From NCBI GenBank assembly GCA_951406725.2, contig OX597815.1, positions 205,716,001 to 205,780,000 on the forward strand: a stretch of 64,000 nucleotides of DNA, read 5' to 3'. The stretch comes from Octopus vulgaris (taxonomy: Eukaryota). The notes below the pieces were generated by a model that was given only the letters and a program-made list of their open reading frames with translations, ran no database searches and had not been told where the DNA came from. Below are positions 52,903 to 64,000 of this stretch, one piece after another. Both the position numbers and the translations under genes were made by a program. Position 1 is the stretch's first letter. Every line of letters begins with the position of its first letter.

Positions 52903-53304
52903 CAGTTCTATATTTAAGAGATGAGGAATTATGTACATTATTTACATTTGACGGATATTTGTCCTCATCTTGTTTGTTGTTAACACAACGTTTCAGCTGA
53001 TATACCCTCCAGCCTTCATCAGGTGTCTTGGAGAAATTTTGAACCTGGGTTCTCATTCCTAAGGTATTTTTCAATGTTATTATTATTATTATTATTATTA
53101 TTGTTAGTGTTCAGGTCACTGCTTGGAATTGAACTCGGAATCTTGGGGTTAGTAGCTTGCACTCTTAACCACTATGCCATATGCCCGTGGGCATATGGGA
53201 ACCCAGGTTTGAAGTTTCCCCAAGACACCTGAAGAAGGCTGGAGGGTATATCAGCTGAAACGTGTTAACAAAAAACAAGATGAGGACAAATATCCGTCGA
53301 ATGT
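52903..53304 (-). mobile_element. tRNA-headed, hammerhead-containing element in head-to-head inverted arrangement (candidate Penelope-dependent SINE)
   Basis: Full copy on minus 53186->52903, internally deleted copy on plus 53189->53304; 12-bp direct repeat AAATAAATATTG at 52891-52902 and 53305-53316. Confidence 0.8.
52982..53027 (-). ncRNA. Minimal type I hammerhead ribozyme motif
   Basis: GACAC-CUGAUGA-A-GGCUGG(AGGGUAUA)UCAGCU-GAAAC-GUU-GUGUU: core boxes, stem I GACAC/GUGUU, stem II, palindromic ACGU stem III. Confidence 0.7.
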
Positions 53305-53314
53305 AAATAAATAT

Positions 53315-53515
53315 TGGTTTCAAATATTGGCACATGGCCAGTAATTTTGGGAGAAGGGTTAAGTCAATTACATTGACCCCAGTGCTTGACTTATCAACGC
53401 TGGAAGGATAAAAGTTAAGATCAACCTTGGTGGAATTTGAACTCAGAATGTAAAGAGATGAAATACCATTAAGCATTTTGCTGGGTGTGCTAATGATTCT
53501 GCCAGCTTGCCCACT
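53315..53515 (-). mobile_element. Older family C-related SINE (another at 54140-54342)
   Basis: Diverged Nin-like domain and head. Confidence 0.65.
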
Positions 53516-53712
53516 CAACAAATATTAACATGCAAAATATAAGGGGAAAAGTGTTTAAATGAGTAAGGTTCCTAAAAATTGAGTATTTTCTCTTCTAAAG
53601 AAATAGACTGGTACTGAAAATAACTTGAAATGATACAGCTAACCCAATATGTCCATAGTCTAACAGAATATCTCAACATTGTCTTTACACATATTTTGAA
53701 TATGTACATATA

Positions 53713-53905
53713 TACTCTTTTATTCTTTTACTTGTTTCAGTCGTTCGACTGCAGCCATGCTGGAGCACCACCTTTAGTCGAGCAAATCGACCCCAGGACT
53801 TATTCTATTGGTCTCTTTTGCTGAACTGCTAAGTGACAGGGACATAAACACACCAGCATCGGTTGTCAAGCAATGCTAGGGGGACAAACACAGACACACA
53901 AACAT

Positions 53906-53976
<71 letters not shown>

Positions 53977-54132
53977 CGACGAGCTCCTTTCAGTTTCCGT
54001 CTACCAAATCCACTCACAAGGCTTTGGTTGGCCCGAGGCTATAGTAGAAGACACTTGCCCAAGATGCCACGCAGTGGGACTGAACCCGGAACCATGTGGT
54101 TGGTAAACAAGCTACTTACCACACAGCCACTC
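53713..54132 (-). mobile_element. SINE family A copy
   Basis: Match with a small internal deletion. Confidence 0.88.
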
Positions 54133-55590
54133 AAATTTTTTCACAAGGCCAGCAATTTCAGGGAAGGGGGACAAGTTGATTACATTGACCCCACAGATTA
54201 ACTGGTCCTTATTTTATTGAACCCAGAAGAATAAAAGGCAAAGTCAACCTCAGCACAATTTGAACTCAGAATGTAAAAGATGGATGAAATGCCACTTAGC
54301 ATTTTGCCCAGCATGCTGACTACTGTACCAGCTTGTTGCCTTGAATAATATACATAATATATTCGTTCAATTAAAATTTTGTTGCCTGGAAGAATTTACA
54401 AATAACGACAATATCAAAATAACTTTTATGGTGACACAGAATATAAATGATGTTGGTACTTTGTTGAGTGTCATATAGCTTATACATCCTGTCCACATAT
54501 ATAAAACTTCTATTTTCTTTTCTTTGCACATTAATTATAAGCAGTTTACAGATGTGGCAGAAAAGCTGTAAGATATAATGTAAAAGTCTACAAACTAATT
54601 CAAGATTTCTTAGAAAGTTTTAATTTTGAAAACTGCTTATCATGTAAACACTCTAAATTTTAACTTGTCATTAAGCTAGAAGAAAACATCTGTCAGAATA
54701 TGTATTCATTGTGACCTATATTTGCATTGTTACATTTATATAAATATTGCATTTAGTCATATTTTTCTCTATACCTTTGAAATGTCTATATTGTCAGAAC
54801 TGAAGGAAATTAATTTGAATACACACATACACAAAGATGTGTGTGTGTGTATGAGAGAGAGAGAGAGAGAGAGTGTGTCAAGTAATGCAGTCCTAAATGG
54901 AATAAGGTTCTTTTAAATTTTCTTATTATAATTACTGAAATGCTGCAGATAAACTGGGAGCAGTGTGCTAGTGTTGCTGCAGAAATAATAGTAGGAAGTA
55001 TATTAGTGAGATAGGGAGGAAAGCTGGGTTACGAACAGGTCAATAGAAATGTAGTTGACAGATGTTTGGTTAAGAGAGTAGAGGAAGAAAACTACTTGAA
55101 TGATGAAACACTTCTATTGCACAGCGACTTCTATACTGGCAAACTAAGTATGATTCCAGAGTACAGTAAGGTTGTTAGATGTTATGGTAAGGATACGTAT
55201 TAGATTTACAAAGTACAATCTATGAGAAATAAAAAAAATAAGAAAATTCAGCTTCCTTTTGAAGTTCAAAATGGTTGGACATTTTCTAATAACAGGCAGC
55301 AGTATTTTCTATTGATAAGACTGTAGTGTTATAGACATTGTCTACCATGACTATCACTGAGTACAGTTTGAAGTAATTACTGAAAGTAGATTAGAAATGA
55401 GTCAAGGAAAATAGTAAAGTGAGAAGGAGCTAAGGAACTAATGCTCTTATAAATTAGATTTTCAATTACACTCTCATTGGCAAAAAATGTAGTTTAACTA
55501 ATGTTGAATGACATATTTTAGCAAAAATATAAATATTTTTATGAATTTGTGTTGCAAGATTCCTGATGTGAAACTGTTTCCTGAAACAGA

Positions 55591-56440
55591 TATTGTATTT
55601 CAGGATGGTCACTTTTCCTTTCGCTTTTTTCTTTTTTGGCCAACACACAAACACACACACACACACACACACACACTATATACACATTCGGTCTTCACTT
55701 GTTTATTAGTGTTCTTATTCTAACTCATGTCAATTGGCAGAGATCTTTTGTCACACATCTGTGACCTCTTCGGCGAAGACCTTTTCTATCCTCATGTGTG
55801 CTCCTGCTTCACTTAGTCCATCAGAGAATGAACTAAGCAGAGCAGAGCAGAAGCACACATGAGCATGGACGGAAAGTGTCACTGAAGAATTCACGGATGT
55901 GTGACAAAAGACTTCCGGACAATAGACGTGAGTTAGAATAAGAACAGTAATGAACGGGTGAAAAACGAATACATAGGCGCAGGAGTGGTTGTGTGGTAAG
56001 TAGCTTGCTAACCAACCACATGGTTCCGGGTTCAGTCCCACTGTGTGGCATCTTGGGCAAGTGTCTTCTGCTATAGCCCCGGGCCGACCAAAGCCTTGTG
56101 AGTGGATTTGGTAGACGGAAACTGAAAGAAGCCCGTCATATGTATGTATGTATGTATATATATATATATATGTGTGTGTGTGTCTGTGTTTGTCCCCCTG
56201 GCATTACTTGACAACCGATGCTGGTGTGTTTACGTCCCCGTCACTTAGTGGTTCGGCAAAAGAGACCGATAGAATAAGTACTGGGCTTACAAAGAATAAG
56301 TCCTGGGGTCGATTTGCTCGATTAAAGGCGGTGCTCCAGCATGGCCGCAGTCAAATGACCGAAACAAGTAAAAGAGAAAGAGAGATAGTGTGTGTGTTTA
56401 TTTGGTGGGGGGCAAAAAATGACCATCCCAAAATACAACA
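55591..56440. mobile_element. Long-TIR non-autonomous DNA element interrupted by a SINE A copy
   Basis: Left arm 55591-55763 is the reverse complement of 55892-55975 plus 56385-56440; termini T(A/G)TTGTATTT...AAATACAACA. Confidence 0.75.
55976..56385 (+). mobile_element. SINE family A copy, nested in a TIR
   Basis: Full length, starts GGCGCAGGAGTGG. Confidence 0.9.
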
Positions 56441-56702
56441 ATAAATCTTACTGTTTCAAAATTTTTCCATATCCTTAAAGACTGGAGCTTTATTATAAAA
56501 GTCAGTGTTTTTAACCTGTAAAGCCTAGTCTGATGAAAGTGTATGAAATTTTTTTGATATCTGGTTATGTTATTTGGAAGTTATATTTAATATAACACCA
56601 AGATTATTTTATTTTCAGAGGTATTTCTCTCAAAGATGCAGGCAGAGCTGTTTGATTAAGCAGTTTGCAACCACATGGCTCCAGATTTGTCCCACTGCAT
56701 GA

Positions 56703-56990
56703 CATCATCATCACCATCGTTTAATGTCCGTTCTCCATGCTAGCATGGGTTGGACGGTTCGACCGGGGATCAGGGAAGCCAGAAGGCTGCACCAGCCTCC
56801 AGTCTGATCTGGCAGTGTTTCTACAGCTGGATGCCCTTCCTAATGCCAACCACTCTGTGAGTGTAGTGGGTGCTTTTTTACGGGCCACCTGCCATGATCG
56901 GATTGGTGCATTTTATGTGCCACCTGCACAGGTGTCAGGCGAGGCTGGCAACGGCCACAATTGGATTGGTGCATTTTACATGCCACCGAC
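56703..56990 (-). mobile_element. Family B copy
   Basis: Same 3' end as the other copies. Confidence 0.8.
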
Positions 56991-57807
56991 ACTTTAAGCA
57001 ATTATCTTCTGCCATGGGTTAAGCTTGATCAATGCCTTGTTAAGTAGCATTTGGTGAAGGCCCATCATGCACGTGTGGGTGTGTATTATTTAGTCGTGTA
57101 AATTGGTAAAAAGATATAAACTTTGGCAAGAAAACTGCTAAAACCAGTACTTTCAAACAAAATAAACCTATTGCATCTGTTTCACCCAATTTGTATGGAG
57201 GCTTGCTTGTCACATTTGCCATCCTAAAGGTAGTGAATCAACCAGAGATTGGCTGTTGGAAAAATATATCCAACAAGGCTATTGTTCACAAAATGTGATA
57301 AAAAATTAATAATAAATAACACAAATGGTTTCAAAGAGACAACTGATTTGTGATTCTTGTGGTGTTTAGTTGAGATAACTATTATTCATTGATTTGCTGA
57401 TTTTGTTCATGATGGTTGGTAAATATATTCTAAGTGTGTTTAATTAGAGAGAGATGCGAAAAGACTTAAAGCATTAATGGTCGTCTGCATTACCATAGGA
57501 AGTTGTAAGATGATAAATATGTTAAAAACAAAAGCTATTTAGAGTAGAGTAGAAAGTTTAATAAGTCACATTATTTAGATTAAAAAAGAAAATTATCAAT
57601 TGAAGCCGCATTTTGGCTTCTTCAACAAAATTTATTATAACTTAGTCAGCATCCAGGAATTTGTTAATCCTACTCGGCTGTTGACACTTCTGAGATTAAT
57701 GTTCCATTTGAACTTCAGTAAGAAATAATATTTAGGAAAACATAAGCAATAATTGGGGGGAAAGTATTTTGTGTAGGGTTTCAGAGCAAGACAACAGTGA
57801 TGATGGA

Positions 57808-57993
57808 AAGATTCCTAGTTCGATTCTAAACAGTGACCTGAATAACAATAACATCAAAAAATACCTCAGGAATGAGAACCCAGGTTCAAAATTTCCCCAA
57901 GACACCTGAAGGAGGCTGGAGGGTATATCAGCCAAAACATTGTGTTAACAACAAACAAGATGAGGACAAATATCCATCAAATGTAAATCATGT
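57808..57993 (+). mobile_element. Third, 5'-truncated copy of the tRNA/hammerhead element
   Basis: B box AGTTCGATTC, then GACAC-CTGAAGG-AGGCTGG...CAGCC-AAAAC-ATT-GTGTT (degenerate hammerhead, 57901-57946). Confidence 0.8.
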
Positions 57994-58459
57994 TGATATC
58001 AAATGTTTGTTACAAACTCAATGAGCAGCATACTTCAGGGTTTTCTATTAAAGTTCTCCATCTGGGTTAGTTGCCTTTGCAATGTTGAGTTCAACCCACC
58101 CTGGTAGGTTAAATGTGCACCTGGGTACCAAACCAGAAATGTTTATATCCTTGTACATGCACACACACAATCACGTAATTGGATAGATGCTAACACTTGT
58201 GATTTCATCAGCCCTTTGCTGGGTCTTGTTTTCCACCCATAAACCATCCAAAATCCACCCTACTCACCAAGTAGGCTTGGTGGTGCTATGCAACAAGTTG
58301 TACTGCGTTGCATGTTACTAATAGCACTTGAGAACAACATCATATATGTCTACACAGACATATATCTACATACATACATGCACCCACATGTACATATGCA
58401 TTCATGTAGATGCATATATGCAGGTACATCTGAGCAGATATAAGCTCATATACATGAAA

Positions 58460-59155
58460 ATACACACACAAACTCCCCCACCCCCACATACATGCAAACT
58501 CCTACACACACATATACACAAAGAGACATGCACACACAAACTCCCACACACTGACAAACGCACACACAAACTCCCACACAGACATGTGCACACACAAACT
58601 GACAGACACATACACACAAACTCCCACATAGACGCACACACACACAAACTCCCACACAGACATGTGCACACACAAACTGACAGACACATACACACAAACT
58701 CCCACATAGACGCACACACACACAAACTCCCACACAGACGCACACACACACAAACTCCCACACAGACATGTGCACACACAAACTGACAGACACATACACA
58801 CAAACTGACAGACACATACACACAAACTCCCACACAGACATGTGCACACACAAACTCCCACATAGACGCACACACACACAAACTCCCACACAGACGTGCA
58901 CACACAAACTGACAGACACATACACACAAACTCCCACATAGACGCACACACACACAAACTCCCACACAGACGTGCACACACAAACTGACAGACACATACA
59001 CACAAACTCCCACATAGACGCACACACACACAAACTCCCACACAGACATGTACACACACAAACTGACAGACACAAACACACAAACTCCCACATAGACGCA
59101 CACACACACACAAACTCCCACACAGACATGCGCACACACAAACTCCCACACACAG
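58460..59155. repeat. CA-rich compound minisatellite with modular higher-order structure
   Basis: Alternating modules CACACAAACTCCCACA(C/T)AGAC and CACACAAACTGACAGACACATA. Confidence 0.93.
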
Positions 59156-61409
59156 ATCAATATAGACACGTGCTTCAGCCAAAAGGCTAGATACCTTCTT
59201 TTTGTTTAGAGCTGTAGTGTCAATGAACTCATTTGGCAGATTTATTTGCAAGTGTCCCAATGGAGATGTGAAAACAATCTTGTATTACTTATTCAGTATT
59301 TCACTTATCCTTTGGAGATCTGCATTCAGTGAGTCATTTTCTTTGAACAGTGATCCTATCTTGTATTGTACTGAAGCAGACTTTTGCAAATCTAATAGAA
59401 GATTTGTCTTTAAATTTTTTACAGCCCTGGCCCCTCTTATTTTCATGGAAGTGTTTGAGTTTATTTTAAACAGTGCTTGTTTGAGATATGATTCCTCACC
59501 ATCCTTTAGTGGCCTTTTAGACAATTTGAGATTTTTGTCATCGCATTAGAATTTTCCTATCTCTGGGAATTATGCTTTTCTGTTGGTTTGACATTCTCTG
59601 GAGCAAACTTACTGCATACATACTGCATAAAGGCATATATACACATAAACATATACACTTACATGTTTACACGCACATGCATATATACACACATATACAT
59701 TTATTCTCAGACACAAACATTTAACATGAATACACACACACATACATGCATATATAAAAGTAAGCATTAGTGTGTTGTGAGCTTGTGAATTTCCACATGT
59801 CTGTACATTGTCACCGTATGAGCAAAAGCAGGGTTTAAGTTTCAAAAATATTTCCCCGTAGTTTAGTGATTTTGTTGCATGTGAAAACAAATGGAATACA
59901 AATACTTTACTGGTATAAAACGAGATGGTGACAGGGAGGGCAATTGGCTATAAAATTGGCTTTTATCCAACCCAATGCAGCATGGAAGAAGTGGATGTAA
60001 AAATGCTGACTTATGAAGTTGAGAAGAATTTTGTTCAAAGAATGAATTTTAACAACATATCAAAAGCACAAAAAGAAAAAAAACTAAAGCATTTAGAATT
60101 AATTGTGAAATGGTTCATTTAGCTTCTTCTGGTTTAGTAGACACATAACAGCTAACAGGATGAAGAGAGACCGTCTACTGTCAATACCATAACAAAATGT
60201 TTATGTGAAATCATCAGTCAAAACAAAATCATTCCAATTAAATTAGGTTGTTCTAAATTTCGAATTTTTGGAAAGAGATACATTTATGACTAATTAATAA
60301 AACCTTGAAATATAAAGCCTACACTTGCTAAATATTCAGTGAATTTTATTTGAAGCTAACGAGTCACTCTGCTGCTACTCAGAGTTTTCTTGCTGTATGC
60401 AGAATGAGAGAGAGAGAGAGAGAGAGAGAATGCAAACACTTAAAACTTACAAGCCCCCCCCCCCCCAACAACCTCACCCATTTTAACAAATATTGAGCAG
60501 ATAATATTTAACAAATTTACAAATATTAAACGCTTTACAGTTTGGATTAGAGAAATCTATCAAGCATAATCAGCAAATATCAACTTTTCCTCATATAAGG
60601 AGAAAAAAAAAAAACCAAACCAACACACACACACAAAGACAAAATCAAAAATTAAAATTTTTTTTTATTGTTAGTAATTTTAAAGGCTGCACAAATGGTA
60701 GAATGCTGAACTAAAAATACAGTGTTTAGTTTTTCTCCTCCTACTTTCTGAGCTGCAGAATTTCACTTTACCTTTCCAACTCTCTTGGGTTTGATAAAAT
60801 ATGTACCAAGCATATATCAAAGTTGATTTTTATCAACTATAAAATACTCTCACAAGAAATGTATGGTCTGTTTGAAGTCATTATGAAAACAAATCTAAAA
60901 AGAAGTATTGATCTTGATATATAAATAGCATTTTGCTTTGAACACAACACAAGGCTCAAGATAATAGAGATCAATATATTGCAGAAATTAATTTGAATGG
61001 CTGTGAAAATTGACAAATACCATTATTCTAATTAAATCAAATTTGGTAGTAACAAAATTTCCAATAGTAATTTACCTACTTTTTTGTATTATGAAAATAG
61101 TATGCAAAGTTGCAGTAGAATTTAAACTGTTTACTTCATTATTCCAGTCTGGAACCAATTTGGCGTTGTAGTCACAATCTTTAAAAACTGATAAATATAA
61201 TGAACCAAAAAAGAACTTCTTTTGTGCTAATGGGAAGGAATGATTGACTTGTTAGAAATAGCAGCTGAATCTCCTTCAATCATATACTATTATCTTGAAT
61301 AAGGGAAAGCCATTAGATATTGTAGTCCTAAACATATACTTCTAAGGAAAAAAAAATGAAAAGGTCATGACTAGAACACCTTTGATTGGTTACATTTGAC
61401 AACAATTGG

Positions 61410-61631
61410 TACTCTTTACTCTCTTTTACTTGTTTCAGTCATTTGACTGCGGCTATGCTGGAGCACCGCCTTTAATCGAGCAACTCGACCCCGGAACTTA
61501 TTCTTTTGTAAGCCCAGTACTTATTCTATCGGTCTCTTTTGCCGAACCGCTAAGTAACGGGGACATAAACACACCAGCATCGGTTGTCAAGCAATGCTAG
61601 GGGGACAAACACACTCACACAAACACAGACA

Positions 61632-61709
<78 letters not shown>

Positions 61710-61874
61710 TATGACGGGCTTCTTTCAGTTTCCGTCTACCAAATCCACTCACAAGGCTTTGGTCGGCCCGAGGCTATAGTAGAAGACACTTGCCCAAGGT
61801 GCCACGCAGTGGGACTGAACCCGGAACCATGTGGTTGGTAAACAAGCTACTTACCACACAGCCACTCCTGCGCC
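61410..61874 (-). mobile_element. SINE family A copy
   Basis: Full length, with a long internal (TA)n. Confidence 0.9.
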
Positions 61875-61991
61875 TATGTAAACTCCAGAACACAGCATAG
61901 ATTTTATAAAATTTGACAATTCATTAAATGAAGCAAAAACAGGATAATTCCATTCTATTTTGTAAATCGTACACAATTAAATATTTACTAC

Positions 61992-62500
61992 TGTTTGTAT
62001 TTCAGGATGGTCATTTTTTACTTTTTGCTAAATAAACATACACTATATACTCATCCTTCACTTCAGCTTCATTATTCTACCTATTTTAGTATTCTTTGTC
62101 TGAACTCTTTCATCACACCTCCTGTGACCTCTTCCACAACTCTCCATGGTGTGTATCCTTATCTCTGTGTGTGTGTCTATGTGTTTAGTATGTGTGTTGT
62201 GTGTGTGTAAATGGGTTTGCTTACTATATTGTTTGTACCCATGTTTTATTTAGTCTTATTTGTTTATTTACTTTCTTTTGTCATTCCTCAAGTATGTGTG
62301 TGTGTGTGTGTGTGTGTGTATGGGTTTATGTATTACACTGTATCTGCCTTTTTTCTTCTCTCATTCTGTCTTTAATCATGTTGTGTAGTATGGTGGAAGG
62401 GTGAATAAAGCTGAAGCAACAAACAAATATATATAGTGTATTTGGTTATTTAGTAAATAACAACCCCCTCCTCCAAGAAAAAATTAACCATCCCGAAATA
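61992..62500. mobile_element. Long-TIR non-autonomous DNA element (same family as 55591-56440)
   Basis: TGTTTGTATTTCAGGATGGTCATTTT ... AAAATTAACCATCCCGAAATATA. Confidence 0.65.
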
Positions 62501-62762
62501 TATGTTTCAACACACAATTCACACCAGGAGTCTTCCAAAACAAATACATAAATGTAAATATTTACTTTTTTAACCCCCAAAAATTTAATTGCTTGGTTCC
62601 TAATTTTATAAAATAGTACACAACCAGTTATTCCTCCAAATCACCAAAGAACAGTTATCATCAATGGCAAAAAATTAAAAACAAACATTAATTTCAGATG
62701 CTTAGAAAACCAATATTAAATATCAATTTATACTGGTATGAAATTAAAAAGTTAAAAAGCTA

Positions 62763-63219
62763 CATCATCATCATCATCATCGTTTAGCGTCCGCTTTCCG
62801 TGCTAGCATGGGTTGGACGGTTCAACTGGGGTCTGTGAAGCCAGAAGGCTGCACCAGGCCCAGTCTGATCTGGCAATGTTTCTACAGCTGGATGCCCTTC
62901 CTAACGCCAACCACTCCGTGAGTGTAGTGGGTGCTTTTTACGAGCCACCGGCACAGGTGCCAGACGAGTCTGGCAAACGGTCACGATTGGATGGTGCTTT
63001 TTATGTGCTACCGGCACGGAGGCTGGCAACGACCACGAACGGATGGTGCTTACAAATAAGAAGCTACTCTACAAAAGATTCTTTTTAAAGAAGAGAATCA
63101 TCATCATCATCATCATTTAACGTCCGCTTTCCAAGCTAGCATGGGTTGGACGATTTGACTGATGACTGGCGAACCAGATGGCTGCGCCAGGCTCCAGTCT
63201 GATCTGGCAGAGTTTCTGT
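62763..63219 (-). mobile_element. Two adjacent family B copies (62763-63050 and 63097-63219)
   Basis: Each starts with (CAT)n + tttaa/tttagcgtccgctttcc. Confidence 0.8.
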
Positions 63220-63834
63220 AAATATATGTTTTTCCTACTAAGATTATTAGAGCAACATTATCAAAAATAAATAATTCGATATCTACTCATCATGTAATAG
63301 TTATATTTGAACCTCTTATCTATCAGTTCTAATAAAACCACTAATTTTAAAATTCATAAAGAAAATTCTATTTAACTTTCATATAACACTAAAGACAGTC
63401 GCTACTGAGTTTATATGCAGTTGCTCAACTGGCTGGAAATAGCAACTGAATCATTGAAATTACCAAGATTATGTGATCCAATGTGTACTGCAGCAAAACG
63501 AGAGGACAAGATGGTCATGACTGACCTGAGACTAAACATCATCATAGATTTAAGTTATACTTTGTAACTGTACATTTTAAATATTTCCTTAATTCAGGAT
63601 TAACAAATTTGAAAGCAATTCAGATTTTTACTTTTGTGCAAGAGGCTGGCAAAAAGGTCTTCTAAGAGATACTATACAAAACAACTAGATTCACACAAAA
63701 ACAAGGTTATCTTTTGCATTAGTTTGCATTCATCCAGAGTAAAATAAAATTGAAATATTGATATTTTTTTTATTGCTTTAAAATTCTTCCCCAGCACAAC
63801 TGAAGTTAAAACTCTAATTCAGAATTTGACTTAC

Positions 63835-63911
63835 CTGAGAGCATGTACACAATATATGGCTCGTGGTACATTTTTCTTATCATAGATGTCAGTGGTTTCA
63901 GGATAAAATAT
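63835..63911 (-). CDS. IQGAP: IQGAP internal exon (CH domain), first exon in window, 77 nt
   Basis: ttccag|ATATTTTATCCT...GCTCTCAG|gtaag; encodes IFYPETTDIYDKKNVPRAIYCVHAL(S), matching the IQGAP1 CH-domain segment IFYPETTDIYDRKNMPRCIYCIHALS; ends in phase 2, compatible with the next exon. Confidence 0.96.
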
Positions 63912-64000
63912 CTGGAATTGAGAGAAAAAGTGTTATAGAATATTTTAACAAAAAATACTATCTTATCAAAATATTCAAATTATTCTGCGAAGTGTAGCAT

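Noticed and set aside
53112-53186. Possible genuine tRNA gene (also the heads of SINE A and C)
   Set aside because: Acceptor and anticodon stems are imperfect and each head is fused to a repeat body, so these are SINE heads.
58328-59260. Several 150-255 aa C/V- or H/T-rich ORFs
   Set aside because: They arise from the CA-rich minisatellite lacking stop codons in several frames.

Overview
AT-rich, repeat-dense eukaryotic DNA, most likely an octopus (inferred from the SINE/LINE repertoire and microsatellite load, not verified). The whole window lies inside one minus-strand gene, an IQGAP (Ras GTPase-activating-like scaffold). Nine internal coding exons with GT-AG boundaries and matching phases can be assembled by hand: 63835-63911, 39817-39884, 36095-36186, a 22-nt microexon at 33634-33655, 28448-28626, 9957-10047, 8847-9007, 6087-6177 and 1803-2003. 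They encode the end of the calponin-homology domain and the first IQGAP repeats. The start and end of the gene lie outside the window. The introns (up to about 24 kb) contain two abundant tRNA-headed SINE families, many 5'-truncated RTE-like LINE 3' ends, two non-autonomous Helitrons, a mariner fossil, hAT-, piggyBac- and other TIR-type MITEs, an R2-like RT fossil and several minisatellites. The most interesting signal is a small element at 52903-53304, with a third copy at 57808-57993. It joins a tRNA-like Pol III head to a Penelope-type minimal hammerhead ribozyme and is inserted as a head-to-head inverted dimer with a 12-bp TSD, suggesting a SINE that depends on Penelope-like elements. A second, unrelated insertion with an inverted duplication and a 12-bp TSD sits inside the mariner fossil. 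Repeat boundaries are read by eye and are approximate unless TSDs or termini are quoted.
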